From positions 3,224,001-3,288,000 of the forward strand of contig NW_027270909.1 of NCBI RefSeq assembly GCF_040938485.1: a stretch of 64,000 nt of DNA, read 5' to 3'. The translations under genes and the position numbers were made by a program. Position 1 is the first letter of the stretch, and each line of letters begins with the position of its first letter. This DNA is from Diadema antillarum. Its lineage: Eukaryota. Shown here piece after piece: positions 50,645 through 63,865 of the stretch. Below the pieces are notes generated by a model, which ran no database searches, was not told the DNA's origin, and saw only the letters and a list, made by a program, of their open reading frames with translations.

Positions 50645-52185
50645 ATTAATGTCCTACCGCCTCTTTGCAATTCGTGTAGAACTATATCAATTTGTATGCG
50701 TTTGTGCTGTACAGCATTACCTAATTATTTCTTTGCGACGGTAATTCCGCATTGCAATAGATTTGACTGACTTTGCGCACTTATTAGCCAGCGAAAACCA
50801 AGAAAACTGTGTGTGGCAATTATAGCTCTTCTTCTACTCAGCTCCTTAAGTTAATCATGTGTTTACCATGTTATTCCATGTTGATATGATTTTGCAAAAG
50901 CCTTGTATGATAAAAAAGAAGAAATGCGTTTATCATAATTACATATACTTCAATTGAATAATGCAACATTTAACTCTTTTATTCTGTGAATGTCGATAGT
51001 TTTTCAGTTGATTGCTGCTTACTATAATTATATTCTCCCTAAAAAGCAATGGAGTATATGAATACAAGAACGACCCAAGTCCATGGAAGACCATTTCGAG
51101 TAAACTAAAAAAAAAAAACTTCATATCTTTTTATTTGTCCAATAATATTCTATTTACCTGTGATGGGAAGGCAACATTGTATATACAAATTACAACATAT
51201 ATTATTGTGACAATTAACATTTTCATTAATTGTGGAGAGGCCATTTTGTGTGGTGGACTTGGGTCGTTCTTTGATTCATATACATGATATTCTGCTATAG
51301 AGATGAGAGAAGGATGAGAGAGGGCGCTATTATATGAATGTAAGAATGACCCAAGTCAATCATTCTTACATTAATATAAGATTTAACTCATTCATTTCAG
51401 GCACTTCCGGGGGTAATTAGGATTTATCATTTATACACAAGATGAGTCCATGCATAAGCTACAATTTCCCATGTCAAACTGAATTTGGCCAAAAATTGGA
51501 CTTGGGTCGTTCTTATATTCAGGTCTTCAATTGGTGGGGGGATTCCTTTTTTTTTCATTCTTCGTCGTGCGAGTATACACTTATCAATTATTAATCTCCT
51601 TAAATTGTTGTTTTGTCTCATCAGATCCTGTTTCTACTTACATCGTTGATTGCAGCCATCTTCCAAACCATCTTATCTTCACCAGTCCCGAGCACCTCTC
51701 AGACATGTCTGCCAATAGATGCAGCTGACTCCCATCGACGAAAGATGAACGCCAACCTTTTCTATCCTAAAGCGGCGGCATTCGCCGTACAAAGCTTTAA
51801 CCTCTCAACCAGTGACATGGGCTTTACCGATACGTCAAGCTGTTCATTTGATGGTGTCTCCAGCCCTCAAGACTGCCCCGTAGGAGCGAAACCAAACCCT
51901 GGAAGTCCGGAGATCACAAACCAAGACGGCTCGTGTCCATGGACCTATGTGGAATGCTTCAATGCCGACCGTATTCCAATGGCGATCACTATGGCCCAGT
52001 GCCAGTGTTCAGCATGTCTGGACCCTTACACACACGAAGTGGATCCAAACCTTCGATGTCAACCTGTGATGTACAACATGAAAGTCCTACAGAAGACCCA
52101 ATGTGTGGATGGTCACTTCCGGTACGAGCAGAGGACCCTTCAAGTCCCCGTGTCATGTGCCTGCATGCGCATGAGACGAGTCTAG
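50645..52185 (+). CDS. IL17: IL-17-like cytokine, copy 4; main exon 51625-52185 intact but exon-1 start reads ATT and the donor is degraded (possible incipient pseudogene)
   Basis: Open IL-17 exon. The homologous exon-1 position reads CAAA ATT AAT GTCCTA instead of CAAA ATG AAY GTGAGTCCTA. Confidence 0.8.
51057..51521. mobile_element. Two adjacent copies of a small MITE (51057-51280 and 51333-51521) in the IL-17 copy 4 intron
   Basis: TIR GAAT..AAGAACGACCCAAGTCCA and TGGACTTGGGTCGTTCTT..ATTC, each occurring twice. Confidence 0.7.
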
Positions 52186-52869
52186 GAACGAATTTCTTTT
52201 TTTTTATGGAGATCGTTTTCCGCGTATTCACTATTTAATGTACTTATTCCTTCAATTGTATTGTATTTGTAATATATTAATGTATTCATACACACCTTGC
52301 TTGCCATTCATCTGAAAGATTTTCATAAAAAAGATTTGCTGGACATCTTAACGTCAACACCGTGATATTAATAATTTTGATTGATTCATCAGTTTTCTAT
52401 CAGCCAACCAAAAACAAAAAAAAAAAAAAACAAAAAAAAACAAAAAAAAAAACTTTGAGCTCGGTCGTACAGTTTCTGCGCCTTGGTCAGTGTTGGTATT
52501 TTGCATTTTGGAAGTCTGTGATTACTGTTGAAGAGCCGATATATTAAACGGCGGGATGATATTTTGACTATTTTTCTGATCTACTAGTATGGGAGTAGCT
52601 TCTAAAGCCTTGATACAGGTTTAACCTATTCTATTAAGAAATCTGAAATATTTATTTCATCTTACCTGATACTTATAATCAGCCACTGTGTGGTAAAACG
52701 TTTGTCCAACCCCCTTTGGAGCAATATCCCGAAACTGCCGGTCCGTATGCTCATATTGGAACATACGATGTTGTCTGTCATCAGATACGTATATCATTTA
52801 GGTGCAATGACTTAAAAGGAACAAGGTGATTGAAAGCTCTCTTTAACTGTTTACAACTGCTATTTTGTA

Positions 52870-53028
52870 ATTGTCCAATGGACAATGTATTTTTCATCAA
52901 GGATCTGGTTTTTTTTAATATGTATTCACATAATGTATTCCGATAATGTGCATTGTATCTACTCTATATTGAGTGCCAGAAACAGAGTCAAGCTTGACCT
53001 AGTATGTTACAAGTAACCACTATGTGGT
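52870..53028 (+). promoter_or_regulatory. Conserved downstream palindrome module, copy 4
   Basis: TTGTCCAATGGACAA, ACTCTATATTGAGT, GTCAAGCTTGAC, CCACTATGTGG. Confidence 0.55.
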
Positions 53029-53428
53029 GATTTTGTTATCATCTCGCAGACAAACTATGCCCATGAATATAATAATGATTTTTTTTTTCTGGCAATGATT
53101 ATTTACTCGTGGACTGCTTATTTATTTTACGTGCATATGCAGCAATATAGTAATCGTGCCAGGGAACGATACTTGAGAGTTATAAAGTCTCGTGTGAGAC
53201 CTGACGGTATTCAATAAACGCAAGAGAAGACGAAAAGAAAAGAGAAAAAGACTATCCTATTAATCAGTTATTGTGTCGACCCTTTGTTTTGCGAATTACC
53301 AGATGACCTTTAAAACAGTATTTATTTCTTCTGAAAACATGATAAAGTAAGTAAAGAATAATACCAGACATTCATTCGTACTCACGTAACCTTGCGCAAA
53401 TCATTGAATAATACATGCAACCCACACT

Positions 53429-56400
53429 CAAGTTTCAAGTTTCAAGTTTCTTTATTTCACCAAGCAAAGAAGATATAAAAACAAACAAACACATACAACA
53501 ACATTAGAATACAATTACAAAATATCAGTTAAACAGTGTAAAAGGAATTGCTGTGGTAGGCAGCAGCCAGAAAGGAAATGTCCCTTATTTTCGGCTGACC
53601 TAAAAACATACGTTAAATTTCTGTTACCAATGTGTTCGAAGCAAGTAAAACATAAGAACAAGACAAGACTAAGACATAGCAATCAACACACAAAGACAAT
53701 AACAAACACCTGATGTCTCAAAACGTAAAGGGTAAAAACTGATACTCTAACTTAAATGAATTTGGTTGTCATTATTGAAGAGAATTTTTTTTATAACCAG
53801 ACTTAAATATATTCAATGAGTTAGCATTGCGTATTTCAAAGGGGAGAGAATTCCACAGAATAGGACCACTGTAAAGAATAGATCGTTGATAAAAAGATGT
53901 ACGAGATAGAGGTAGGTGAAAATCACTCGCGGTTCGCGTATTGTAATTATGAATTTGATTATTGTATGTGAAAAAGTCCAAAAGAGTTTTTGGTAATATA
54001 AAGTTCTTACATAAATACATAAAAATCCCCACTTGGTATTTATACATATCATTCAATTGCAATATTTTCAGGGATAAAAAGAGTGGTGGGGTATGGGCAA
54101 GATAAGAGGCATGGGCAATGATTCGCATTGCACGTTTTTGAAGTAGTAATAGTCTTTGAATATGACATTCATGAGCATTACCCCAAACAATTATTCCATA
54201 ATACAAATAAGGTAAAATTATAGCACTATAAATTGATTTCAAAACAGAATTTGGGAGAAAACTAAGTTTGTACATTACACCAATATTTTTTGATAATTTA
54301 TTACAAATATAATTAATATGATTTGACCAATTCAACTTATTGTCTACAAAAACTCCAAGAAATTTCAGTGAGGAAACTTGCATGATTTGAGAACCACACA
54401 TATTAATAGATACAGTATCAATGTTAATTTTTTTTCTTTGTAAATATCATAAAATTAGTTTTTGATATATTGATTAATAATTTGTTCATTCGCAGCCAAC
54501 TTGTAACATATTGCAATTCCTTATTAAAAACCTCTTGTAAAGAATCCATATTATCATGAGACAAAAATATACTTGTGTCATCGGCAAATAAAATGCATTG
54601 TAAAATATTAGAAACATTCGGCAAATCATTTATATATAAAAGAAATAAAATAGGCCCAAGGATCGATCCCTGGGGCACTCCACATCTTATGTTTTTATAT
54701 TCAGAAACATTCTTATCAATTGATACAAACTGCTTACGGTTACTCAAATAACTTTTAAAAAGATTTAAAATAACTCCACGAATACCATACTGATCTAATT
54801 TAGCTAAAAGAATATTATGATCAAGCGTGTCAAATGCTTTGCTCAGGTCTAAAAATAAGCCCAGTAAAATTTTCCCGTTGTCTATTGCACAGATCACCTT
54901 ATGAATGAAATCAATCAATGCAGAAGATGTGGAGTGCCCCGGTCTAAATCCATACTGATTTTTCTTAATAATATTGCACTTTGTCAGAAATTGAATAAGC
55001 CTAGTGGAAATACATTTTTCAAAAACTTTGGAGAAAACGGATAAAACTGATATTGGGCGATAATTTGTCATTAAATCAGGGGAACCACTTTTAAAAACTG
55101 GTACTACTCTTGCGATCTTCATTTTATCTGGAAAAGTACCAGATTCCATGCACTGATTGAATATTGCACATAAAGGTTTACATATCAAATGAACAGCTCT
55201 TTTCACAATTCGCATATCAATATTATCGTATCCAGCACTGACATCATTCTTAAAAGTGGTTACAACATCAATTATCTCTTTACAAGTAATTGGTTTAAAA
55301 AATGCAGTTGGCTCAACTTTTGTAACATATTGAAGATAATCATACTCATCTGAAACATCAAAAGATGAATTAATATCGCAACCAATATTAACAAAATATG
55401 TATTTAACAAATTACAAATCTCTTTCTCATTTATAATTGTTTCATTGTTACACTTAATAGATTTAATGGTTGTTCTCTTATTGCACTTTTTCCCTAAGGC
55501 ATTATTTATCACATCCCATGTCTTTTTACTATTCCCATTACTATCAGCTAACTTTTTCTCATAATATTTCTTTTTAGCTAATTTTATCATATTAGTCACT
55601 TTATTTCGATATTTCTTATAAAGAGTTTTACGGTAATCATTTGGATTCTTTTTATACAATTTATACATTTTACATTTTTTCCTTATTAATTTACGAATAT
55701 AATTTGTACACCATACATTATCATTTTTCCTTCGTTTTCCACAAACTGAAATCAACGGAAATGATTCATTATATTTGTCAGTAATTAAATCAAACAAATT
55801 ATCAAAACTAATATTACCATCATTTTTATCATATTCCCATGACGTCGATTCCAGTGACCGTAAAATATATACAATATTATTTTCATTTGTATCTCTCCTC
55901 ATTTGTCTTTGTTGACTTTAAACAATGAAATTACACTTTTACAAATACAATATACCGGGAAATGATCTGATATATCAGTTAAAATAATTCCAGAGTGGAT
56001 CTTACAAGAATCATTCGTAAAAATGTTGTCAAGTAATGAAGCGGAAGAGTCAGTGACACGTGTGGGATAATGAACCAAAGGTAACATAGAATTCAATAAT
56101 AGCAAATCCAAAAATTCATTTACATATTGCACACACCCTATTTTAAGCAAATCAATATTAAAATCGCCCATTAGATAAAAACATTTCTTTTCCTTTTTAA
56201 CAATATCTAAAATATCATTCAAAGACTCACAAAATTCATTAACTGACTTGTTGGGTGGTCTATACACAACACATATCAAAGTAGAAGTATTGCAATTTGT
56301 TATTTCTATAAATATACTCTCAAAAAAATCAGTGTTAATATCAAGATCGCATCGGCGATTAAAAGAGATATCTTTATGTACATTAAACCCAACACCTCCT

Positions 56401-57240
56401 CCGCGTTTAGTTTTGCGACTGTTACCAACGAACTCATAATTGTTAATATTGCACAGTGATAAAGGTGAATTATCATTTAGCCATGTTTCACTAATACCAA
56501 CAACTTTGATTTGCATAGACAAGGAAGAGAGAAAAAGCGATAAAGCATCAAAATTGCGACATAAACTTCTCACATTAATATGAATACAAGACAAATATTT
56601 ACTCAAATCTTCATTGAAATATTCATTTTCGACAAAATCATTGAACTCCTCCGGTGTAAAATTTGTTTAAAGTATATCATTGTTAATTACAGATTCAGGT
56701 GGTGATAAAAATTCATTCAGAGTATTGAAATCAATATCATTGAGACATCCGAGAAATCTATGCTTACACGACATTACATGCACACTATTGCACACAAAAC
56801 ACATATATGACACTGGAACATAATGACTATGAATTTACAAAATGCAGGTACCAAAATTTATATAAAACGAAGTAAGCCTGTAAATCAATACAAAATAATA
56901 AACATAAACGGAGAGCTGGATTGAGATACAATCATATACTTTACAGCTGTACTTGTTTGCTGGTCACAAATTCACAGATGCAGGTCGTTTGACACGTGTT
57001 TAATGACAATCATTTTGTGTTTAATTTCTTCAGGTCTTCTTCACATGTAATCAGTTTTGTGATGTTCTTTCCCCCAGATGCACCAAGAAGGGCAATTACA
57101 CGGCCATCAGATGACCACGCTGATATCACCTTGTGGGTATTGCGGGTGAACGAAACAGGACCATACCAGTGACCATCCAACATCCAACAGTAACATTTCC
57201 ATCTTTCAATGTCCCATAACTTTTTAAGGTAATAAGCAAC
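53429..57240 (-). mobile_element. L2/Crack-like LINE, 5'-truncated: ORF1 C-terminal remnant, APE-RT ORF2 broken by frameshifts, (AAACTTG)n tail
   Basis: APE motifs INVRSL, GISETWL, YRPPN, MGDFNIDLL, SDHFPV. RT motifs YRPISVL, QYGFR, LDLSKAFD, GVPQGSILGP, LFADDT. ORF1 end AWSSDGRV...CEEDLKKL at ~57010-57145. AATAAA plus three 7-bp tail repeats at 53429-53449. Confidence 0.9.
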
Positions 57241-58138
57241 GTATACATTATGTGTCTAATATAAAGACACTACCACAAATATGTACATGTACAATGATAA
57301 TGCAGGAAGCAATGCAATTTTATGAAATAAAAATAATTATGGATCATCTTTGTTGCGTTCATTTGCTTTACATCGATAAAGAAAATATGGTGTAGAACTC
57401 CAACCTACCTCTGATTCTTTGCCCTGCGCTCATGTCACAACGTTTCGAAATTTGATGGAAATATTTCTTAAACGGGTCACACTCATCGTTCCCCCTTTTT
57501 AACGGATGAGACATCCATACTTTATTTAGGATAGGGAATTTTTGTGGAATCTTATCTTTAGATAATTATCGATCTTTGCACGCCTTTGTAAGTCATCTTA
57601 ATTTCCCTTTAGCAACAGATTGTTCAAAACAATGAACAAAATGTAGTTTTCGAATTCGTAAGTTGCTTTTACGAAATATATTCACTCGTAAACATTACTT
57701 CATTCACAAGTCACTCGTTATCATTCGCTCTTACTGTTTACTGTTTATTGCCTCAGATAACACAGAGAAAATGTGTATTTGAAAAATGACTTGCCTCTAA
57801 TTGAACTTTTCTCACATTAAACACAAACATGTTTAGAAAAACACAACTGAAATAAGCACGCAGGTATGGTATACATCATGTGTGTATATACATATATATG
57901 CTTATATATGTGTTCATATATATGCATACATGAGTACGCCTATATGTATATCCATGTGAGGTGACACCAATTAGACTGAGCCACTTGGGAAACACAAGCA
58001 CACGTCAGCCCAACCAGAATCATTAATGTCGATAGCAAGTCTATGAAGAAGTGCATCAGTCGTACTATGTATCCCATATACTATTGGTGTTCTGAAAAAC
58101 ATTTCCCACTTTTAACCCTTAATAGTTTGAAAACCATA

Positions 58139-58824
58139 TGTGACCGTACATCACAAAACGAACAAAAAGTCGCACCCCTTGATTTTGTGTGAGGACTCAA
58201 AAAAGGTGAAATTGGTCAATCGAGTCAATCTTTAGTTTTTCATATCTTCTGAAAGAGCTAGCCTTCTTCTACATTATTCTTTAATTTGGAATCATAACAT
58301 GAATGGGAATGTGTGTTTTCAGCAGTTCTTCCACAACCCCTTTTTTAGGGGCGAGTAGAATGATCAGGTATGGAAGCCCCTTTCCATTTCTTGAATTCCT
58401 TTGCAAACGCTTCATTTCATTTTCAAGACTTTTGAAAGGATAATGCTACCGCTTTGAAAGTTGGCATTGATCATGTACAAAATGTGTTCATAGAAAATGC
58501 TCAATATCAACTTAATCTGATAACCCCTTCATTGTTGATGCTCCGGTGGTGTACATCCTGTGTTTTGTCTCTTTCATCGCACAGCTATTAGCACGGCTTG
58601 GTAAAGATTAAGCACTTGAATAGACCCTGTACTTCAGAGCTTCTTTTCTCAGTTCACACTTCCAGAGTGAGTGCTTTCTTTCCATTATTTAGGTAGGTTA
58701 AGGAAGTCCATTTGGATTGAGTTATACATCATTTTAAAGCTGGGAGTCTGCTCTTTGACAATCTGCCCTGAACTAAATATACATGTCTGGCGACTTTTGG
58801 TTGGTTTTGTGATGCAGGGTCACA
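58139..58824. mobile_element. TGTGACC-terminus MITE, third copy
   Basis: Same TIRs and interior as the other two copies. Confidence 0.85.
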
Positions 58825-61264
58825 TCAGATAACACTGTCATTGATATGTCTTAGCAGAATAAGTATACAATTTAGTTGGATGTGATTTGAATATGACAGC
58901 ATGAATCAGTTTCATTATATCCATAATTAATTTTAAAGTTAAGTTCCAGATGCTTGGTCTAATTTGAACCCTCTGCACAAAAATTGAACTTTACACAAGA
59001 ACCAGCGATGTGTATGTGAGTGTGTGCTCACAATGACCTTGAACAATACACACAAATCCCACGTATACCACCTTTTCAGAGCTCTGCTAACTTGGCTTCT
59101 GGTCTCATGCTCCCAGGCACATTAATGCTTTCTTAATAATTCCTGATGGATTGCCCTGGGCACTGCTAGTCTGAATTCATGAAAAAGGGGTAAATGCATG
59201 CAAATGAAACAGTAAGCAGATGTTTTTTATGCGCTTGCATACACTACATTTTAGGATGAATAAAGAGTAGAGCTGTGATAGTGCAATTTCTCATGAATAT
59301 GTGATAGAGCATTGAAACCATGGCCATTGTTCAGGACCACTGTCTCGGTGTTAACCACACACTCCCATACACATCAATTGTGCAAAATGAAAGTTTTGTA
59401 TACATAGAGTTGAAAATAGAGCAAAATCTGAAACCTATCTTGAAAATTAATCTCGAATTTAATGAAACTGATATATGGTTTCATTTTCAAATTACTTCCA
59501 TCAAAATTGTGCACTATTCAGCTTTTGCTCATATCAATGCCAGTGTTATCTTATATAGCTGGATTAAAGGTGGGAATTTTTTTTAAACACCTCGTATATA
59601 GCTATTACAGACTGAGGTGCTCTTCTTTGCAAAACGTTTTGTTAAGACCACATTCATGTCGAAAATGTATGCTCGACATACGGATGAATGATCCATTCAG
59701 ATTTAAATCAATGGGCACAGGTTGGAGGACTCCTAGATATAAATCCTCGGTGATACGTGTAGAATCTAGATGACTGTACGCGACGACTTTGTCCAGTCAT
59801 TGCATGTCTGATAATCCAACAAGTGTTTATCAAGTAAGTCACAGCTTCAATGTAGCAACGTCCAAATAAATGAGAATAAAGCAAGTCACATTTGTAGGTA
59901 AAATAGAATTTCCACAGGCAATCATATCCACAGGCTTATTCTCCACAAGATACAGTGTATAACATGTCAGCAGGTAATATGGATTTAACTACAATGTATA
60001 AGAAGTCACTTAAGAGCCAGGTGTGACGTTACTCTCAGAACAAAGATGTTGGAGGAACAATTTCTCAGTGTTATTTTGATCGATTCCTCCATCCATCTGG
60101 AACTTTCCGTAAGGATCACCAACCTTTAGATTCCAGAGCTTTCCACTCATTCATGACTCTTGTCTACTTTTATGCATGAACTCATTTCTAAAAAAAAAAA
60201 TAATAATAAAAAAGTAGGCCACACAGAACAATTAAACATGCGCTGTCATTTCATGTAGAGATATGTAGTTCAAAATGCAGTACGATAGTACAAAAACAAA
60301 AGAATTGGGGAAAAATCATAGAGTTGGATACAAATTCAGAATAGGCCTATTGTTGGATTTGGAAGTGTGACACTTTTTCGTTACGTATATACTATGTAAT
60401 GAATGATTCAAAACCGTACTTTTCCTATCTTATTTTTGCGCTGCCTTTCTTATTTCCATTATGATTTTGATAAAAACTTCGACCTTGCCAGTCAATTAAC
60501 ATTTAAGTCCACGTATCATGATCAAATGTTCCAACAATAGAGCAAAAACCAAAACAAAAAACACAAAACACAAAAGTGCACAGTGTCGGAGATAGCACCT
60601 CGTGTACAAGGAGGGGGAGGGGGAGGTTGTAATGACAGTTGTGGTTTCTTTCTCGTATTTTTTTTTTTTTTTTTGGGGGGGGGGGACAGAACGATGAATA
60701 TGACGATCGTCATTTTAATTATGTCCATGCAAACAGACTTCAACCTCGATGACGGGAAAATGTCGATACTGCCCTGTGAGGCTACCTCAATGTATGTTTA
60801 GAGGATTGTGGACAAGTTCTCTGATCAAGCTATTTTTAGAGACTTGTTAACAAAATCTATGATCAAGCTATCAGAAAGTAAATAGTCAAACGTGGACTAT
60901 GCGGTTTATGTTTCTCTGTGAACAATATTCGTCTCCTGTAATTTTGTTATATAGTTTTTAGGGGCGATCTTCGTTGAAATATTGCTCACTACCAAATGGA
61001 CATTAATATGATTTACTCTTTATTCCTCTATTATCTTGTATTTCATTCAGCTGCATTTTCTCGAATAAACAAGTAATTATCAAGAGACGTACAAGACAAA
61101 TAATTACTATGATAAAGTGAGAATGTAAAGTACCTTGTAAATAAACGCATGGAAGGGAAATCCATGTTTTTATTCATTTATGTAATGAGAGCTATTCGAT
61201 TCTGAGAAGTTATAAAGACGAGTATGCTCTCAAAAGAGATCCAATTATAGAAGCATACAATCTA

Positions 61265-61452
61265 GGGAATTCCCGCTCAGCATTCGGGTGGTTTCATATT
61301 TGAACAACTACCTTGGTGAGTAGCTATTTCAGTAGCTAAAAATGGTACTCACTTAATATCTATGGTAACTAACAGGAACTAGGAAGTATTGAGACATACT
61401 CCATATTCTTACATTTGACGTTATATCCATCCGGAAAGTCGATGGTATAAAA
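61265..61452 (+). promoter_or_regulatory. IL-17 copy 5 promoter: kB 61265-61274, TATA 61446
   Basis: Motifs are retained although the flanking sequence barely aligns with copies 1-3. Confidence 0.75.
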
Positions 61453-61653
61453 CTGGGCAGTGCGGAGTTTTCTTCACCATCTTCAATCTGCCTGCGATAT
61501 CATCCACTCAACATCAGCCAGCACTTCTTCCCAAGCGTCTATCAACTGAGGAAGATACTTTGTTTTTGACACTGACTGACTTGAAGGGCTCGAAAGCATC
61601 GAAGTCTTAAAGCCACAACAAAAAAAGAGAAGACCGTTGAAATCATCCTCAAA

Positions 61654-62464
61654 ATGAACGTAAGTCTAAAAAATATATATCTATTTTAGGGCATTTAAGC
61701 ATCTATGTTTTCCATTCCTATGCATTTCATTCCATATTTTTTCCATGAAAGATCAAAATTCAGATTACCTTAATTGTCAGAAAACGTAATGGAAACACGG
61801 TATGGACGCACACTGTAGCAGATAATTTGATATAATTATTGCATTTTACTCCAAATGACAATCTGGTCCCTTTTTCTCCATGCCCTTTGTGTTTTTTGTA
61901 CAGACTCTACACCTCTTTACATCAGTGATTGCAGCTATATTCCAAACCATCGCGTCTTCACCAGTCCCCGTCACAGCTCAGACCTGTCTGCCTATAGACG
62001 CAGCGGATTCCCATCGCAGAAATCTGAACTCCAATCTCTTCTATCCCAAAGCGGCGGCATTCGCCGTACAAAGTTTCAACGTCTCAACCAGTGACATGGG
62101 TTTGGCTGATACGTCAAGCTGTCCTTTTGATGGGTTCTCCAGCTCGCCAGACTGTCCCGTAGGAGTGAAAGCAGACCCTGGAAGTCCGGAGATCGTGAAC
62201 CAAGACGGCTCGTGTCCATGGACCTACGTGGAATGTTTCGATGCCGACCGTATTCCAATGGCGATCACTATGGCCCAGTGCCAGTGTTCGGCATGTCTGG
62301 ACCCTTACACACACGAAGCGGATCCAAACCTTCGTTGTCAACCTGTAATGTACAACATGAAAGTTCTGCAGAAGACACAGTGTGTGGATGGCCACTTCCG
62401 GTACGAGCAGAGGACCCTTCAAGTCCCCGTGTCCTGTGCCTGTATGCGCATGAGGCGTGACTAG
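61654..62464 (+). CDS. IL17: IL-17-like cytokine, copy 5 (coding exons 61654-61659 and 61904-62464; ~188 aa)
   Basis: Same IL-17 motifs. ATG AAC|GTAAGT donor, TTTGTACAG|ACT acceptor. Confidence 0.92.
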
Positions 62465-63162
62465 GGGTGCGTTTTCCAGTCACAAGACAGGCTCTCACTT
62501 AATGTATTCACTATTTCTCACAATACTATTTATTTTTTGTTTTGTAATGTATTCGCAATATAATGTCTATATGAAATGCCTTGCCTTTTATATATTCTCC
62601 TGCCCAAATTGCTCGTGAATCCAGTTTTCGTGAACACCTTGACGTTGATAAGGAAACCTACAATTTCAGCAACATTCATCAGTCTTTTCTAAAGCCAGAC
62701 AACAAACTACGAACCTCCGTCGTGAACAAAATTGTGCCTTAGCATTTCGTGTAGGATGCGTTTTGAAATTTCGCGATTTGACTGAGGACGAAGCTGATAA
62801 GATAATAGAAAAAAAAATGTGCAGTAATTCGACTATTTATTTGTTCTAGTAGGATAAAAGAAGGTTCTGTAGACATGTTTCAGGGTTCCTTCAAACAAAG
62901 GAATATGAAATATTTTCATTATAGCGTTAGTCAATATGCCGTCTTGCCTTGCACTGATATTAAGACACTGCGTGTTGAAAATTAATGTTTATGAATTACT
63001 TTTTTAGAGAATCGTCAGAAATTGCCCAAGTCCTTTAATCTAACAGGTTGGTCGTCACATTCTGTATCTGAGTTTATCATGTACGTAAAATGACAATTAA
63101 ATGAAGAAATGCTAGGTAGCTCTCTTGTTGTGGATAAATCTTTTTACAGATTATTTATCTAA

Positions 63163-63325
63163 ATGTCCCATGGACAATTTGCCTGCGTTTATGTCATGCG
63201 ACTTCTTGTGTTTGTAATCAGGTATACATTATTATTTGTGAGTTTTATATCTACTCAATGTTGAGTGAGAGAAAAAAAACGAAGTCAAGTTTGACGTTAT
63301 GCATTTAAGTAACCACTATGTGGTA
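63163..63325 (+). promoter_or_regulatory. Conserved downstream palindrome module, copy 5
   Basis: TGTCCCATGGACA, ACTCAATGTTGAGT, GTCAAGTTTGAC, CCACTATGTGG. Confidence 0.55.
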
Positions 63326-63829
63326 ACATTTGACTTTTTTTTAAAGGCTTGCAGTAGTATATTAGTCATTTTAATTATTATCTGTATTTCTATCAATTTA
63401 CTATACCATCCATTGATTTTCTGTGCATTGTTTGTCACATAAAGTGTTTCTTTTATCACATCTGTGTTTCATGTACACGCTATCTGAAATTCCTCGTAAT
63501 AAATGGCTTCTTAGTATGTCAATACTTTCAAACAGCCGAACTGGACCACTTAAAAAGAAAACAGATTTCGAAAGTCATATGAGGCTGCCATCACTATCAA
63601 GCCCTTGCTTAAAAGATGGCAGGCTCCTTTTATGGACTTCTTTGATTTCATAGCTTTATCTAAAAACACTGAAAAGATTGTGGTAATTATTATGAATATT
63701 AATATTTTTGTTGTTGTCAGATCAAGAGATGATTTAAGTGGAAAATGCAGATATAAAATCAAACTGAACTGAGCTAAATTGAATATGTGTCTGATAATCT
63801 TACATTTATTGACCGGCCTTGAGCCAGAG

Positions 63830-63865
<36 letters not shown>

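Noticed and set aside
59320-60801. Short ORFs of 70-100 aa upstream of copy 5
   Set aside because: Low complexity or AT-rich with no motifs, as expected by chance.
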